This document shows positions 13,087-26,038 of a DNA stretch of 64,000 nucleotides, in pieces. The notes under the pieces were generated by a model. It ran no database searches, had not been told where the DNA came from, and saw only the letters and a list, made by a program, of their open reading frames with translations. The position numbers and the translations under genes were made by a program. The stretch is from Eledone cirrhosa (Eukaryota), in NCBI GenBank assembly GCA_964016885.1, contig OZ024753.1, positions 20,088,001-20,152,000 on the forward strand. Direction: 5' to 3'. The number at the start of each line of letters is the position of its first letter. Position 1 is the first letter of the stretch.

Positions 13087-14016
13087 TTATGTTTTGGGGA
13101 GGGGTTGCTTCATTTGTGTGTCTGAGGTGTGTTTTCTTTTTTTTCTTTTGATTGTGTGGAAGTGCTCCTCCTCGTCTGACGACGAACTAGGGTCATCCTC
13201 CGCGTTGGAGGGGAGGGGTATATTTTCGGGTTGTGTTTGCGGTGCGGGTGTTTTGGAAATTGTTTTTGTTTTTTGAGTGGAGGGGATGGGTTGGACATTG
13301 TTTTGTTTTGGTTTGAGCTGTGGTGGTTGTTTTTGTAGTGGTAGTTGTGGTGATTGTGTTGGTTGTGCAGTTGTTGGTGGTGTAGACAGGATTGGGGTTT
13401 TCTTATTAAGTTGGGGACAGACAGCCCTCAGGTGACCTCTGGTTCCGCAGAGGTAACACGAGGGCCGTCTACTCTCAACGGTAATGTTGATGAAGGTTAG
13501 ATCATCCAGTATGACGCGTTCAGGGATCTGGGCGATCCTTTCGGGCCTCATTTGAACTACAAGTTCGAGGCTCGTTCCACTGAACGCGTCACCCGATGCC
13601 TTTCCCATGGACACCAGCATGTCATCCTCCAGGTCGAGGAAACCTGTCAAAACCCACCATATGTCCATAATCGGCAGGATGGTGTGGACTTTTATTTTTT
13701 GTGTTCTTCTACCCATGTATGTAGGGTAGAAGGTGTATGCGGTGGATGTGATTGGTTTGATGGACAGTTTCACTGCTGTGTCCCTGTCCTTCATGAGAAT
13801 GGATAGACTCCCGTAGAGTCTATCCTTCTGAATGAAGGTGATGTCCTTCATGACGTCTTTTAAAACCAGCACTATCTCACTCTGTGATGGTTGAGCTGGT
13901 TTTTTACTTTTATTTGAGATTGTCCTAAACATGACCGTGTTTAGGAGTCTCTGGCTTTTTAGTTCCGGGGGGGGGGGGGGGGAATGGATTGTGAATGAAC
14001 CATTTTCCCCGTACAC
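13087..14016 (-). CDS. Tx1/L1-type ORF1 (gag-like, CCHC zinc knuckle)
   Basis: 309-aa open frame with CYLCGTRGHLRAVC followed by a Pro/Gln/Lys-rich and acidic tail; adjacent to Tx1-type ORF2. Confidence 0.75.
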   Translation of the reverse strand: MYGENGSFTIHSPPPPPELKSQRLLNTVMFRTISNKSKKPAQPSQSEIVLVLKDVMKDITFIQKDRLYGSLSILMKDRDTAVKLSIKPITSTAYTFYPTYMGRRTQKIKVHTILPIMDIWWVLTGFLDLEDDMLVSMGKASGDAFSGTSLELVVQMRPERIAQIPERVILDDLTFINITVESRRPSCYLCGTRGHLRAVCPQLNKKTPILSTPPTTAQPTQSPQLPLQKQPPQLKPKQNNVQPIPSTQKTKTISKTPAPQTQPENIPLPSNAEDDPSSSSDEEEHFHTIKRKKRKHTSDTQMKQPLPKT

Positions 14017-14211
14017 TATATATTTTTTCGCATCCGCCAGTAGCTCCTTCGCTTTGGTTATATCTACTGGCAGATAGTCGAGGGTTTTCCTTGTCGTCTC
14101 GGCGAAGGAGAAATTTTGTTTGTTTGTGTTGTTGTTGTCGTTGGTAGTGTTGTTGTTATCATTGTTGTTGTTGTTACAGTTATTGGTCTTGTTGTTGTTG
14201 TTGTTATTGTT

Positions 14212-14261
<50 letters not shown>
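14212..14261. repeat. (GATA)n microsatellite
   Basis: Direct reading. Confidence 0.95.
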
Positions 14262-14263
<2 letters not shown>

Positions 14264-15632
14264 CTTTCTTTTTATTTGCCACCAGGGCATCAAAAGTGGG
14301 ACAAGTACAAAGCGGGCAGTTTACATGCAAAGGCGTCCTCAATATGGAGGAGGCAACAACAAGATATAAAAGTATAAAAATAAAATAAAATATAACAAAA
14401 TAAATTTTATCACAAAATCCTCAATAGGGAGGAGGCGCCTTGGGGGGGGGGGGGGGGGGGGGGTCGCACACACCCCCGAAAAAAGTGTGCAACCCTTCTC
14501 CACAGGAGCACAGAGAGGGGGTGCTCCCTTGGTCTTTCATCCTCCTCACCTATAGTCTGATGTAGAGTGAAGGGCCATTCACACGGGCCATTCTCGCCAC
14601 TTTCACCCATCTTTCATAAAAACGGCTGGGGTGCCGCACCTCTCTCTCCATCCTGATCCTTCTTCCGAAATGATATCGGAAGAAACGGACCAGTTGTTGG
14701 CCAGAGAGAAAGGTGTCTGACCTCAGTCCGTTCAGATGCGTCCACCATACAACCTCTTTCGCCATGGCTATTACGCACAGAAACACCGCCTCTCCTTCGT
14801 TTTTGAAGAGGGGAGGCGGCTTGATCGTTACAATAGACTCGGTGGTCAACCGGATCGGTCCCACCCTTGACAGCAGTTGTTCGACATAGCCCCACAGATC
14901 GGCAATGCCCGAGCAGTGTACCAATGCGTGTGCAACGGTTTCCTCGTCGCACACGCATCTGGGACCCTTCTTTTTCGAGGGGTCCCTACCCGGGCGACCG
15001 TGTCTGTACAGCCTTTCTCGAACGGGCAGAGCCCCTCGGTAGCACTGCCAGGCCAGGGACCTCTGGAAGTTATCCATGGGTCCCGGGCTGAATGTCCTAC
15101 CGAACAGGTTGGCCAGTTCGTCTTCCTCCATGCCTAGGCCTTCTTCGAGGGCGTCGTCGCACCTGCTAACCACCAGCCCTCTATAGAATGACGAGGTGGA
15201 TTCTCCACTGACAGCCGGGTCCACCTGCCAGAGAGCCCTGAGCACCTGGGCACACTCGGTGTGCCAGGCGCCCAGTTTTCTCGGTCTTTGCTTGACCCAG
15301 GATTGCAGCTCGGTGAGTGAGACGAGTCTGGGAAAGGCTCACCTCACAAACGGGGCCCACACCGGTTAACCGGTGAGGAATACCTGGAGGTGCCGCAGCC
15401 TTAATGCGTGTTTACGTATCATTAGCCACGGCAACCCCAGCCCTCCTTTTGAAGGGCGTTGACAGCAGATGAATCTCCTCATCAAAGGAGCCCGCTTCTT
15501 CCAGAGGAATTGGAAGAGTGCGCGTTCCATTTTGGCGAGCGTTTCCCTTGGGCAAGGCACGACGGTCAGGCGGTAGTAGATGACGGACGCTATATAAGTG
15601 TTCGCCACCTCCGCCCGACCTTTCAGGAACAG
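14262..15632 (-). mobile_element. 5'-truncated Tx1/L1-type retrotransposon (ORF2 C-terminus and 3' UTR)
   Basis: FLW..CQRPSKGGLGLP, LPVRERL..C.CDEETVAHALVHC (zf-RVT-like); AATAAA just before (TATC)n; both ends abut AGAT repeats. Confidence 0.85.
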
Positions 15633-16371
15633 TTAGATAGATAGACAGATATTATATGTATAAGATCTCAACACAAATGCATGCTACCTAAGCTTTCGAA
15701 CTTCACCCACCTTAGGACATAATTTTATGAGTTATAAGTTCTTCATATAATTTTGTTGTTGTTGTTGTTTTTGTTGTTGCTCTGTACAATACATAGAGCG
15801 CTTATTTTCCTTGATCTATCCATCGGAAACTCATGGCACCACCTTCGTCTTCCCCCTCCTTACGATAGCCCTGGTATTGCTACCACACCTATCCCTTGTC
15901 TTCCTTTTCGTCGCCTCCCTCTCCTTTCTTCATTTCCCCCTCACCCACTTCTCCCTCTTCTCCTCCTTCTTCCTCTCCTTCCCCTTCTCCCCCCACTACT
16001 ACCAGCCGAAGCCAGAAGCCCGAACTACCACCTCTGTTAGCCAACTAGCAGAGAACGAAGGATAACCTCAGGGAGAAACATGAACTTTCCTCTCTAAATA
16101 TGTATGTAAAAACTAATAATGTTTCTTCTTCATGTTATTATTATTCGTATAAATATGTAATTTGACTGCACTTAACACTACCGTCGTTGAAAAAGCATAT
16201 AAAGCTAAAACCGACACACGATTAAATGCGGAAATCCATAATAAATGTTTAGATATTATACTGAAAAAATCCCTCCAACATTTTCTATTGTATTCTTTTC
16301 CTTTTTACTACTCACTGATATATATCAACTCGTGTGTCACTTTTCTACATTCCATATATATATATATATAT

Positions 16372-16551
16372 AACGAAGGAAATGTGGCAAGGAACCTGGT
16401 GGACCATGACGCACCAAAGTACTCAATATTTAGGGTAGTAGAGTGGGTAATAGGAACGAGTAGGACCCCGACGGCTGAGCTCAAGCCGTTTCGACGGCTA
16501 ATTTCTGGACGTCGAAACGGCTTGGGCTCAGCCGTCGGGGTCTTACTCGTT

Positions 16552-16555
<4 letters not shown>
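16372..16555 (-). mobile_element. Family F1 fold-back copy
   Basis: Arms about 16451-16497 and 16510-16555 are reverse complements; tail matches 480-555; lies within (TA)n. Confidence 0.75.
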
Positions 16556-16616
<61 letters not shown>

Positions 16617-16650
16617 GTATACATGGAATGTAGAAAAGTGACACACGAGT

Positions 16651-16698
<48 letters not shown>

Positions 16699-16828
16699 GT
16701 GTATATAATAGATTAACGTTTAAGCAAAGAATTGCTCTAGGTTCTTATATATTTTATATATATTTATCCTTATCGAGCCCTCTTTGGATTTTAGTCTTCA
16801 CATTTATTATTATTGCTATATATATAGC

Positions 16829-16877
16829 GATTCCTGATGATTTCTAATGAATGAAACAGTTCTAGTCCTGTAGAATC
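16829..16877 (+). ncRNA. Type I hammerhead ribozyme motif
   Basis: GAUUC-CUGAUGA-U-UUC uaau GAA-U-GAAA-CAG uucuaguc CUG-UA-GAAUC. Confidence 0.8.
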
Positions 16878-16961
16878 TCATCTATATTAAAACTGTTATA
16901 CTCTGCTATGTATTGAGTACCTTACTTACTGTGGTTACCTCCGATTCAACCCGGAATAACG

Positions 16962-17031
<70 letters not shown>

Positions 17032-17309
17032 GAGAGAGAGAGAGAGAGCAAAAGAAGATGAGAGAGAGAATATAGAATGCCTTTCCGAAGGGTATCGGAA
17101 AGAAACCAAAGTTCAGGGATATTTTCCAGTATACTTCGCTTTGGGTGTGTAGATTAAAACAGAGTTGGCTGCTGTTCTAAGCTGATTGACCAATCACATG
17201 GCAGCTCTCAGCTTGTCACGTGTTCATTTATTTTTTTTTAAATCTCCAATTTGCTATGACTATCTCGTCAGAATTGACTGATCCAATGATGGAGTTACTG
17301 AGGCACCGT

Positions 17310-17463
17310 GGTAACACAGGAAGTGTGACGTAGTAACTTAGGAAGTGTGACGTAGTAACATAGGAAGTGTGACGTAGAAACACAGAAGTGTGACGTAGTA
17401 ACATAGGAAGTGTGACGTAGTAATACAGGAAGTGTGACGTAGTAACACAGGAAATGTGACGTG
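17310..17463. repeat. 22-bp minisatellite
   Basis: gtaacacaggaagtgtgacgta, about 7 copies. Confidence 0.95.
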
Positions 17464-17569
17464 GTATTGCCAATCTCCTGGACCACATCCCCGACTCCAG
17501 GTCTGAACATTGGCGATTTCTTCCAGGGAAGAAAATGAAAAGAAAAGTGAGATAGAAATTTAGAAAATG

Positions 17570-17728
17570 TATCGAACCCAGTAATGGACTGGTACTTCTT
17601 TAATTATCACGAAAACAAACCAAAAGGAAAGATGATCTGTGCAGGCTTTGAACTCATAGAGAACCGAAAGTACGAACGATTACCGTAAAGCATTCTATCT
17701 GGCTTTCTATCTACCAATTCACTGCCTT
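17570..17728 (-). mobile_element. Diverged tRNA-derived SINE
   Basis: Weak reverse-complement similarity to 45563-45762 (ctggtactt..aaaggaaag..ttgaactca). Confidence 0.45.
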
Positions 17729-18659
17729 TATACACACATAAGAATTATTTACAACCTGTATAGTTAGATAAACAAGAAACATCGTTGAATCGACTGACAC
17801 ACCAACGCTTCTAAAGGAGAGGGTGCTTTATTGACAACGTTAGCTATTATTTTCAGTAAGTTTCTCCGTCACTTCACAATTACTGACAAATGTCCTCCCT
17901 AGATGTAATTAAGACTTTTCCTGCATAGAAACGGGGTCATAAATTTTGTTGGAGAGAGGTTTCATTTGTATCGATTACAGAGAGATGACGAAACTAGGAC
18001 AACTTCAGTGTGGTTTGAACTCTTGAACATGGATGAAATTAATTAACAATAAATATCTCGTCCTACACTCTGGCATTATTGCTAAACCATCATACTTTGA
18101 GAGGGGATTATATAAGGAGAGGCCAATACGAAACGAGCTAAGGAACGAACATAAATGTATTACTTAAAGAAAACGGAAAAAAATATACAAATTGACCAAG
18201 AACGAAAAAGTATCAAGTTTGTCATAAAACATTCTTCATTTATCTGTTTATTTAAAAAGATAATTTATATAATTCTAAATAATGGATTTGAAAGCTGATA
18301 GAAGACCCCATTTGTAATATAATGAGCTACGGAGAATGAGATGTAATTAAAGTTATAAGTTATTTGTTAAGCAACTCAAACTAATGGTTATGTCTAATGG
18401 AGAAATGTAATTACGTATATATTGCTTAATTGACAACTTTTACATTTTAGTAATTATGAGATAATTAGATCGAATTTCAGTTAGAAATCAGAGGATCAAA
18501 TAAAAGTTTTTCTACTTTCCGAGTTGTTGAAATGTCGGAATATGAATATGGCGGATGTTGGAGTGCCGGTATATCAGGATATTTAAATGATGTAACAACG
18601 ATGGACGAGATAAAGGGTCAACTCTGAGGATGTCTGTAAGCTGGCGAGTTATGAATGAA

Positions 18660-18793
18660 GATGGACCCCTTCCTATGGTACCCTGTATGGTTTCCGTCTG
18701 TGGGACCCCTTCCTAAGATACCCTGTATCGTTTCCGTTTGTAGGACACCTTCCTATGGTACCCTGTTTGGTTTCTGTCTGTGGGACCCTTTCC
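18660..18793. repeat. 40-bp tandem repeat
   Basis: ggaccccttcctatggtaccctgtatggtttccgtctgtg, about 3.3 copies. Confidence 0.9.
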
Positions 18794-18817
18794 GTTAGCC
18801 TTGCCTTTCCATAAAAT

Positions 18818-19128
18818 ATAGTACCAGTAATGCACTGGGGTCGATTTAATCGACTCTCCCCTTCAAATTGTTGGCCTTCTGCCTAAAGTAGAAATCATTA
18901 TTATTATTATTATCATTTTGGCAATATCAGTAGAGGGTCGGACGCCATGCTTTGCAGCATAGAGTTGCGGCCCTTTATGATCTGAGTTCAAATCCCGCCA
19001 AGGTTAACTTTGCCTTACATCCTAAAGGGGGCGATAAAATAAAATAACAGTCACGCACTGGGGTCGATTTAATCGACTTTCCCCTCCCCCCAAATTGATG
19101 GCCTTGTCCCTATATAAGAAACCATTAG
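18818..19128 (+). mobile_element. Two tandem copies (3' fragment plus near-full) of a tRNA-derived SINE
   Basis: B box gagttcaaatcc; body ctttgcct..ggtcgataaaat..gcactggggtcgatttaatcgact; (TTA)n and (TAG)n tails. Confidence 0.8.
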
Positions 19129-19567
19129 TAGTAGTAATAGTAGTAGTAGTAGTAGTAGTAGTAGTACTAGCAGCGACAGCAGTAGCAACAGCAGTAGCCG
19201 TAGTAGTAACAACAGCAACAACAACGTCCTTATCAGCACTACTATCATAGTCTTTGTCATTTCTTTATGCGAGAGGAGTGTAGAATTTGATTTAGTTGAG
19301 TCACGTTTGAAGCAAGTATGTAACTTAGTGGTAAGCAAGTAAAATTGTTTACAATAAACATGACCAGTAAAAGGTATCACGTGATTCACCCACTGACCAA
19401 CTCTTTATTGCAGCATTTAATGTCTTCACTTTCTTCTTTTCAACCAACAATTGCTGCTTATCGTAGAATACACTTAAAGATATTTGCAGAGAAATCAGAA
19501 GAATGTTATTGATTCCACTATGTTTCCTGGTCAAAGAGCGCAAGTGATATACCGAGAATCAAACATA

Positions 19568-19665
<98 letters not shown>

Positions 19666-19688
19666 ATATATATGTATATATATAGATA

Positions 19689-19734
<46 letters not shown>

Positions 19735-19842
19735 TATGTATGTATATATATATATATATATATATTGATATATGTATATATATAGATATGTGTGTATATA
19801 TATGTGTGTGTATGTGTGTATAAATATTTATATATGTATATG

Positions 19843-19890
<48 letters not shown>

Positions 19891-19905
19891 CACATATATA
19901 TATAT

Positions 19906-19956
19906 AGTTTCAGAAGATCCCGTTAAGAGTGAAAGCAGCGATTCTTTGCTTAAACT
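19906..19956 (+). ncRNA. Hammerhead-like motif with CAGA core (PLE family B end fragment)
   Basis: AGUUU-CAGAAGA-stem II-GAAA-GCA..UGC-UU-AAACU; homologous to 63251-63301. Confidence 0.6.
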
Positions 19957-20011
19957 TGAATCTGTTATTTTTATAAATATATATATATATGTGTGTGTAT
20001 GTATGTATAGG

Positions 20012-20119
<108 letters not shown>

Positions 20120-21086
20120 GAGAAAGAGAGAGAGAGTATCTGTGTGTGTGTGTGTGTGTGTGACACAGAGAGACAGGGAGAGAGAGACTGAGGAAAGAGT
20201 TAAAAATAAATATAAATAAATATACTTAGAGTAAAAGAAAGGTATGTAAGAAATGTTATTATTTCAATACCGATGTGAAGAAAAAGAAAGCCATTTCGAA
20301 TATCTTGGAGCATAAAAGAGAAAGGAAAGTTTGCACACATAATGTCGTTGATGCTTATTTTTTACATTTCCTTGTTGATAAAAGGACATATAAAAAGATA
20401 AATTGATGTACAGCATCTTACACAATTACCTACAGATAAATGGATAAATGTATCAAGGAAGAATGGGGTAGAAAAAGCTGAAATAGTTTTATCATATATT
20501 ATTCACTGTTATATATATTTCTGCACGTTGCTACCAGCGAATACATAACACTTGAAATCTATATCAAGTTTCTAAATAAACAAATCATGGAATGTAAAGG
20601 TTTGTGAATGAAAACATGAGAAAGCAAATAAGGGAGACGACGTGTTGTCGTTAGCTGACGTTAGAGAAAGATTGAAGCCGTCTCCATTTATGCTAAGATG
20701 CATTTGATAAAACATGTCTGCCAACGTCTCACCACCCCTAAAACTGTTTCAGGGGGAGCAGCTGCAACAAACAGGCGATATATTGCATAAAGAAACTCAT
20801 ATAAAGAATACTACCAATAATTCACTCGACAGAGCGTTACAATAATTCTCATTCGTGATGACTTCCTTGCTGTGACTTATTACCTTACTAAAAAGTATTC
20901 GCTTCTATTTCATGGTAGATAAATCAATGAATCAGTCTTTTTCATATTTCATCTCTACTGCGTTTTATAGAGTCAAACAATGTCTCTTACATCTTAGCAC
21001 AGCTTCCTACCTGAAGACTTTTTTACTGATTTTCATTTTTCGCAATCTTTTTAAATAATTATAATTATTATTTATATATATATGTA

Positions 21087-21164
<78 letters not shown>

Positions 21165-21168
<4 letters not shown>

Positions 21169-22203
21169 GAAACACACAGATACATGCGGACACACACATA
21201 TACATGAATGCATCCGCAACCAACCGTGAGTTAAGGGTGCCAACTTCACCGATGTTGCTCAATGAATGACTGGGACAGACCAATCCGGTTGAACCAGACT
21301 GAACCAGTATCAGAGTTAAAAATACATTATGAAGAGAGAAGAAACATTTAGATATAATTAGTAATAAAATGTATCATACCTAAACTGCTCCTAGATTCCT
21401 CGACTACGTAGTTTCGTGGCATGTAGACGCGTTCTTGAGACTAGTAAAATGAGGTATCCTCTTGATAAGTCGGCAGACCTCGCAAGGACTCTATATCTTT
21501 ATGATGTATTGTTTTTGTTTATGCCACGAAACTACGTAGTCGAGGAATCTAGGAGCAGTTTAGGTATGATACATTTTATTACTAATTATATCTAAATGTT
21601 TCTTCTCTCTTCATAATGTATTTTCAACTGATACTGGTTCAGTCTGGTTCAACCGGATTGGTCTGTCCCAGTCATTCATTGAGCAACATCGGTGAAGTTG
21701 GCACCCTTAACTCACGGTTGGGTGCGGATGCATTCATGTATATGTGTGTGTCCGCATGTATCTGTGTGTTTCTAAATATATTGTTAATAACTCCCTCTGG
21801 TCGAGCAATCTTTGAAGTGTGGTGACTGCTGGAAAGCTTCCATTACTCATACTTCTCGCCTCCTTCACCACCTCTTCTACGGCTTCGATATAAATACCCC
21901 CTCCGCCTCCGTGGTATTTTCTTCGGGGTTATAAGAGGCTTAGCTCTGTTTCTCGACCGTTATATCGCGTGACTATCTCCCCCTCCGCCCTTTGGGATTC
22001 TTTCTCACGTCGTGTAGACGCGTTCTTGAGACTAGTAAAATGAGGTATCCTCTTGATAAGTCGGCAGACCTCGCAAGGACTCTATATCTTTATGATGTAT
22101 TGTTTTTGTTTATGCCACTAAACTACGTAGTCGAGGAATCTAGGAGCAGTTTAGGTATGATACATTTTATTACTAATTATATCTAAATGTTTCTTCTCTC
22201 TTC

Positions 22204-22207
<4 letters not shown>
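21165..22207 (+). mobile_element. ORF-less PLE/retrozyme-like insertion: inverted arm plus partial tandem of a 591-bp unit
   Basis: 21165-21422 is inverted relative to about 21520-21778; 21422-21615 repeats at about 22013-22207; TATAAATA near 21888; (TA)n on both sides. Confidence 0.8.
21457..21546 (+). ncRNA. Type I hammerhead with U3-A8 variant core
   Basis: UCCUC-UUGAUAA-GU(C)GGCA..UGCCAC-GAAA-CUACGUAG-UC-GAGGA; second copy at 22048-22137 has GAAA changed to UAAA. Confidence 0.75.
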
Positions 22208-22289
<82 letters not shown>

Positions 22290-22740
22290 AGTATATATAT
22301 AAAATTAAGTGTGTGGGGGGGGCGTGCGTGTGTATGAGTGTGTATCTGTGTATTGCCTACATCTTACGACCGATTTTCATGAAACTTTACAAGCTCATGG
22401 ATTAGTCATCGGGGAGTGTTTTCTATATATCAGCGTATCGTTTTTTTTTTATTCCGGGGTCAATCTGCAGATAAAAATCGATAAGGGTGTCACCTTTTTT
22501 TAGGTATCGAAAAATAAAATTTTTGTCTCTAGCTCCCACATTTTGCCACCGATTTCGTTCAAATTTTAAAGCAAAATAGAATTCATCATTGCACATCCTG
22601 TAATGGCTTTATATTTTGCATTTACTGTTTAGGGATGGCGTGGCAGCCGCTTACATATTCAAAAATACCACTTTTAGACTCAAATTTCTACCTTTTTCGG
22701 CTCTAGCTCCGACGTTTTAAAACCGAATTTCATTCAGATT
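22290..22740 (+). mobile_element. Probable 5' part of a non-autonomous Helitron-like element
   Basis: tatatatataaaatt..(gtgt)n..accgattttcatgaaacttt, with repeated ctctagctcc..accgatttc motifs; layout like the 5' end of 36140-36803; no CTAG end seen. Confidence 0.45.
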
Positions 22741-22914
22741 CGAAGCTCCCTCCCCCAACATACCCTTTCATCATTCACCCGCGTTTCATAGTGATAGAGT
22801 TCATCACCACCCTCCCCTCATGGCCTGTGTGTGGCCATAGATGAGTCATCGAGAAGCAGTCGCTAAGATCAACACCTCCTTTTCATCAAAGCAGATATTA
22901 TTTTACCTACCCAG

Positions 22915-23105
22915 GTCGGTGGATTGGCATGGCCGGTAGAGGGTCGGACGCCATGCTTTCCAGCATAGTTATGTCACTTTACGATCTGAGTTCAAATCCT
23001 GCCGAGGTTGACTTTGCCTTTCATCCTTACGGGGTCGATAAAATAAAGTACCAGTAATGCACTGAGTAATTGCCGGCCTTGTGCCTAAAGTAGAAACAAT
23101 TATTT
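22915..23105 (+). mobile_element. tRNA-derived SINE
   Basis: Near-identical to 45563-45762; acctacccaggt flanks it on both sides (possible target duplication). Confidence 0.8.
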
Positions 23106-23145
23106 TACCTACCCAGGTAACGCTGGGTACTGCTGCTAGTATATG

Positions 23146-23198
<53 letters not shown>

Positions 23199-23274
23199 TT
23201 GTATATATGTTATGTATGTATGTATGTATATATATATATATATATGTATGCATATATATATGTATATATATTTG

Positions 23275-23855
23275 GTCACATGTATCCCAGTACAACCTGT
23301 CTCATGGTCGGGTCGTTGGCGACTAAACTGGCAACTCCACCAAGGTTTCTTGGTGAGGAGGGTGACTTTGCACATCCTGCAGAATTAAAACAAAACTTGT
23401 CAAAGTGCAAGGAGCTCTTAAGAGTCAATGGCCAACCAAAATCACCGGGAGAGATGACCTCTTAGCCTTTGTCAAGGCAGAATTCTAGGAGAAGGAAAAC
23501 TCTGATATAACACCTGCAACCCTTATAGTATCCAATGATGTTGACTTGTTCTTCTGTTTGGTAAATATCATCTTGGTTAAGAGACTGGGACTGGCTTTGT
23601 GCAGTGCCTTTGCTCACTATAAAAGCTTTATGGCACAGGCATTGTTTTTTATCTGGAGATCTCTCTGCCCTTGTCGTCACAAGGTACCATGAGCCCAGCA
23701 CTGTGTCAATAATTGTCGCAGGTGTAGTGTTTGTACCAGAGTTTTCAAGTCGCTGGCTGGACTAAAAAGTCACACTCGTTCAGCGCATCGGTAGAGGTTC
23801 TCCTACATGGATATAAAGTAGTGGCCGTACTCGAAAACGAGTTGGCAGCCACCAT
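23275..23855 (+). mobile_element. About 580-bp non-coding retroposon (family H)
   Basis: Homologous to 10636-11226 and 35065-35590. Confidence 0.75.
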
Positions 23856-24199
23856 ATATATATATATATTTCAAATTGAGGTTTTTTTTACAAATTGAAA
23901 AATAACCGAGGTATCCTACACGAGTGAAAGTATAAAGAAAAAAAGATGAAATCGAAAATGCAACTGGAGTCTTATTATAAAAAAATATATATATATTTAT
24001 TTGGTTCCTTTACCTGTTTCGCAGTTCTTCTGCTTTTCAAAAGTAGAGTTGAGATGGAGGGTCTGTGGTTTTTCTCCACAGGCCCGCCATCTCAACTCTA
24101 CTTTTGAAAAGCAGAAGAACTGCGAAACCGGTAAAGGAGCCAGATAAATATATATATTTTTTTAAAGAATAAGACTCCAGTTGCATTTTCGATTTCATC

Positions 24200-24280
<81 letters not shown>

Positions 24281-24539
24281 ATATATATAGGAATATGTAT
24301 GACCCCGACGGCAGAGCTCAAGCCGTTTCGACGGCTATTTCTGGACTAAATTTAGCTCTACCCTCGGAGTCATACATTTTCCTATTACCCACTCTACTAC
24401 ACTAAGTATTGAGTACTGTGGTGCGTTATAGTCCATCTGGTTCCTTACCGCAACTCCTTAGTTATATATATATACATATATATATATATATGAAAGACGT
24501 AAAATAAGAAAATTATAAAAATTAACTTACTAAAATTTC

Positions 24540-24621
24540 AATCCAACTAATTAGTTTCTGAAAGGGAATAAACATAGTTTCCGAAGAAACGTACGGAGAA
24601 GCCATTCGTCATCAGGGAAGT
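24540..24621 (-). ncRNA. Hammerhead motif in the inverted arm
   Basis: Reverse complement of 24901-24982 with a few substitutions. Confidence 0.65.
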
Positions 24622-24900
24622 CTATTCTCAGCTAAGTTTCCAGGCGATGCGTGGACGCAGGGAACTTATACAAAAATAATTCAGTGGATAGAAAAAAGCA
24701 AAACATGGACTAAGTTCCAAGTCACTGATTAACCTCGATGTCACGTGATTGATTCTTTTGAATTTGCCACCGACGCAGTAGGCAGTGATTTTTTCAATGG
24801 CTTGGAACTTAGTCCACGCTTTGCTTTTTTCCATCCACTGAATTATTTTTGTATAAGTTCCCTGTGTCCACGCATCGCCTGGAAACTTAGCTGAGAATAG

Positions 24901-24982
24901 ACTTCCCTGATGACGAAAGGCTCCTCCGTACGTTTCTTCGGAAACTATGTTTATTCCCTTTCAGAAACTAATTAGTTGGAGT
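24901..24982 (+). ncRNA. Type I hammerhead motif, unit 1
   Basis: ACU(U)CC-CUGAUGA-C-GAAAGG..CCUUUC-A-GAAA-CUAAUUAG-UU-GGAGU; palindromic stem III. Confidence 0.75.
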
Positions 24983-25430
24983 GACATTTTAGTAAGTAAG
25001 TTAATTTTTATAATTTTCTTATTTTACGTCTTTCATATTATTGTTCTGCATCCCCATGCATTGAACCACAAAGTTACTAAGACAAAACCTATATATTTGC
25101 TGGCATAAGTATGCATCTGTATATATATGTTAGTAGATTTACTAATTCTCTATAATATATCTCCAAATTATTTTGTTGAGCCAAAATTGGCCAAAACTGC
25201 TATTATAGTTCATAGTAATCGTTCGGCTGCTATCTTCTTAACAAACCACTCCTCACTGATTAACCTCGATGTCAGGTGATTGATTCTTTTGAATTTGCCA
25301 CCGACGCAATAGGCAGTGATTTTTTCAATGGCTTGGAACTTAGTCCACGCTTTGCTTTTTCCATCCACTGAATTATTTTTGTATAAGTTGCCTGTGTCCA
25401 CGCATCGCCTGGAAAATTAGCTGAGAATAG

Positions 25431-25512
25431 ACTTCCCTGATGACGAAAGGCTTTTCCGTACGTTTCTTCGGAAAGTATGTTTATTCCCTTTCAGAAACTA
25501 ATTAGTTGGAGT
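25431..25512 (+). ncRNA. Type I hammerhead motif, unit 2
   Basis: Same fold as 24901-24982. Confidence 0.75.
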
Positions 25513-25956
25513 GAAATTTTAGTAAGTTAATTCTTATAATTTTCTTATTTTACGTCTTTCATATTATTGTTCTGCATCCCCATGCATTGAACCACAAAGT
25601 TACTAATACAAAACCTATATATTTGCTGGCATAAGTATGCATCTGTATATATATGTTAGTAGATTTACTAATTCTCTATAATTATCTCCAAATTATTTTG
25701 TTGAGCCAAAATTGGCCAAAACTGCTACTATAGTTCATAGTAATCGTTCGGCTGCTGTCTTCTTAACAAACCACTCCTCACTGATTAACCTCAATGGCAC
25801 GTGATTGATTCTTTTGAATTTGCCACCGACGCAGTAGGCAGTGATTTTTTCAATGGCTTGGAACTTAGTCCACTCTTTGCTTTTTTCCATCCACTGAATT
25901 ATTTTTGTATAAGTTCCCTGTGTCCACGCATCGCCTGGAAACTTAGCTGAGAATAG

Positions 25957-26038
25957 ACTTCCCTGATGACGAAAGGCTTCTCCGTACGTTTCTTCGGAAA
26001 CTATGTTTATTCCCTTTCAGAAACTAATTAGTTGGAGT
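25957..26038 (+). ncRNA. Type I hammerhead motif, unit 3
   Basis: Same fold as 24901-24982. Confidence 0.75.
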
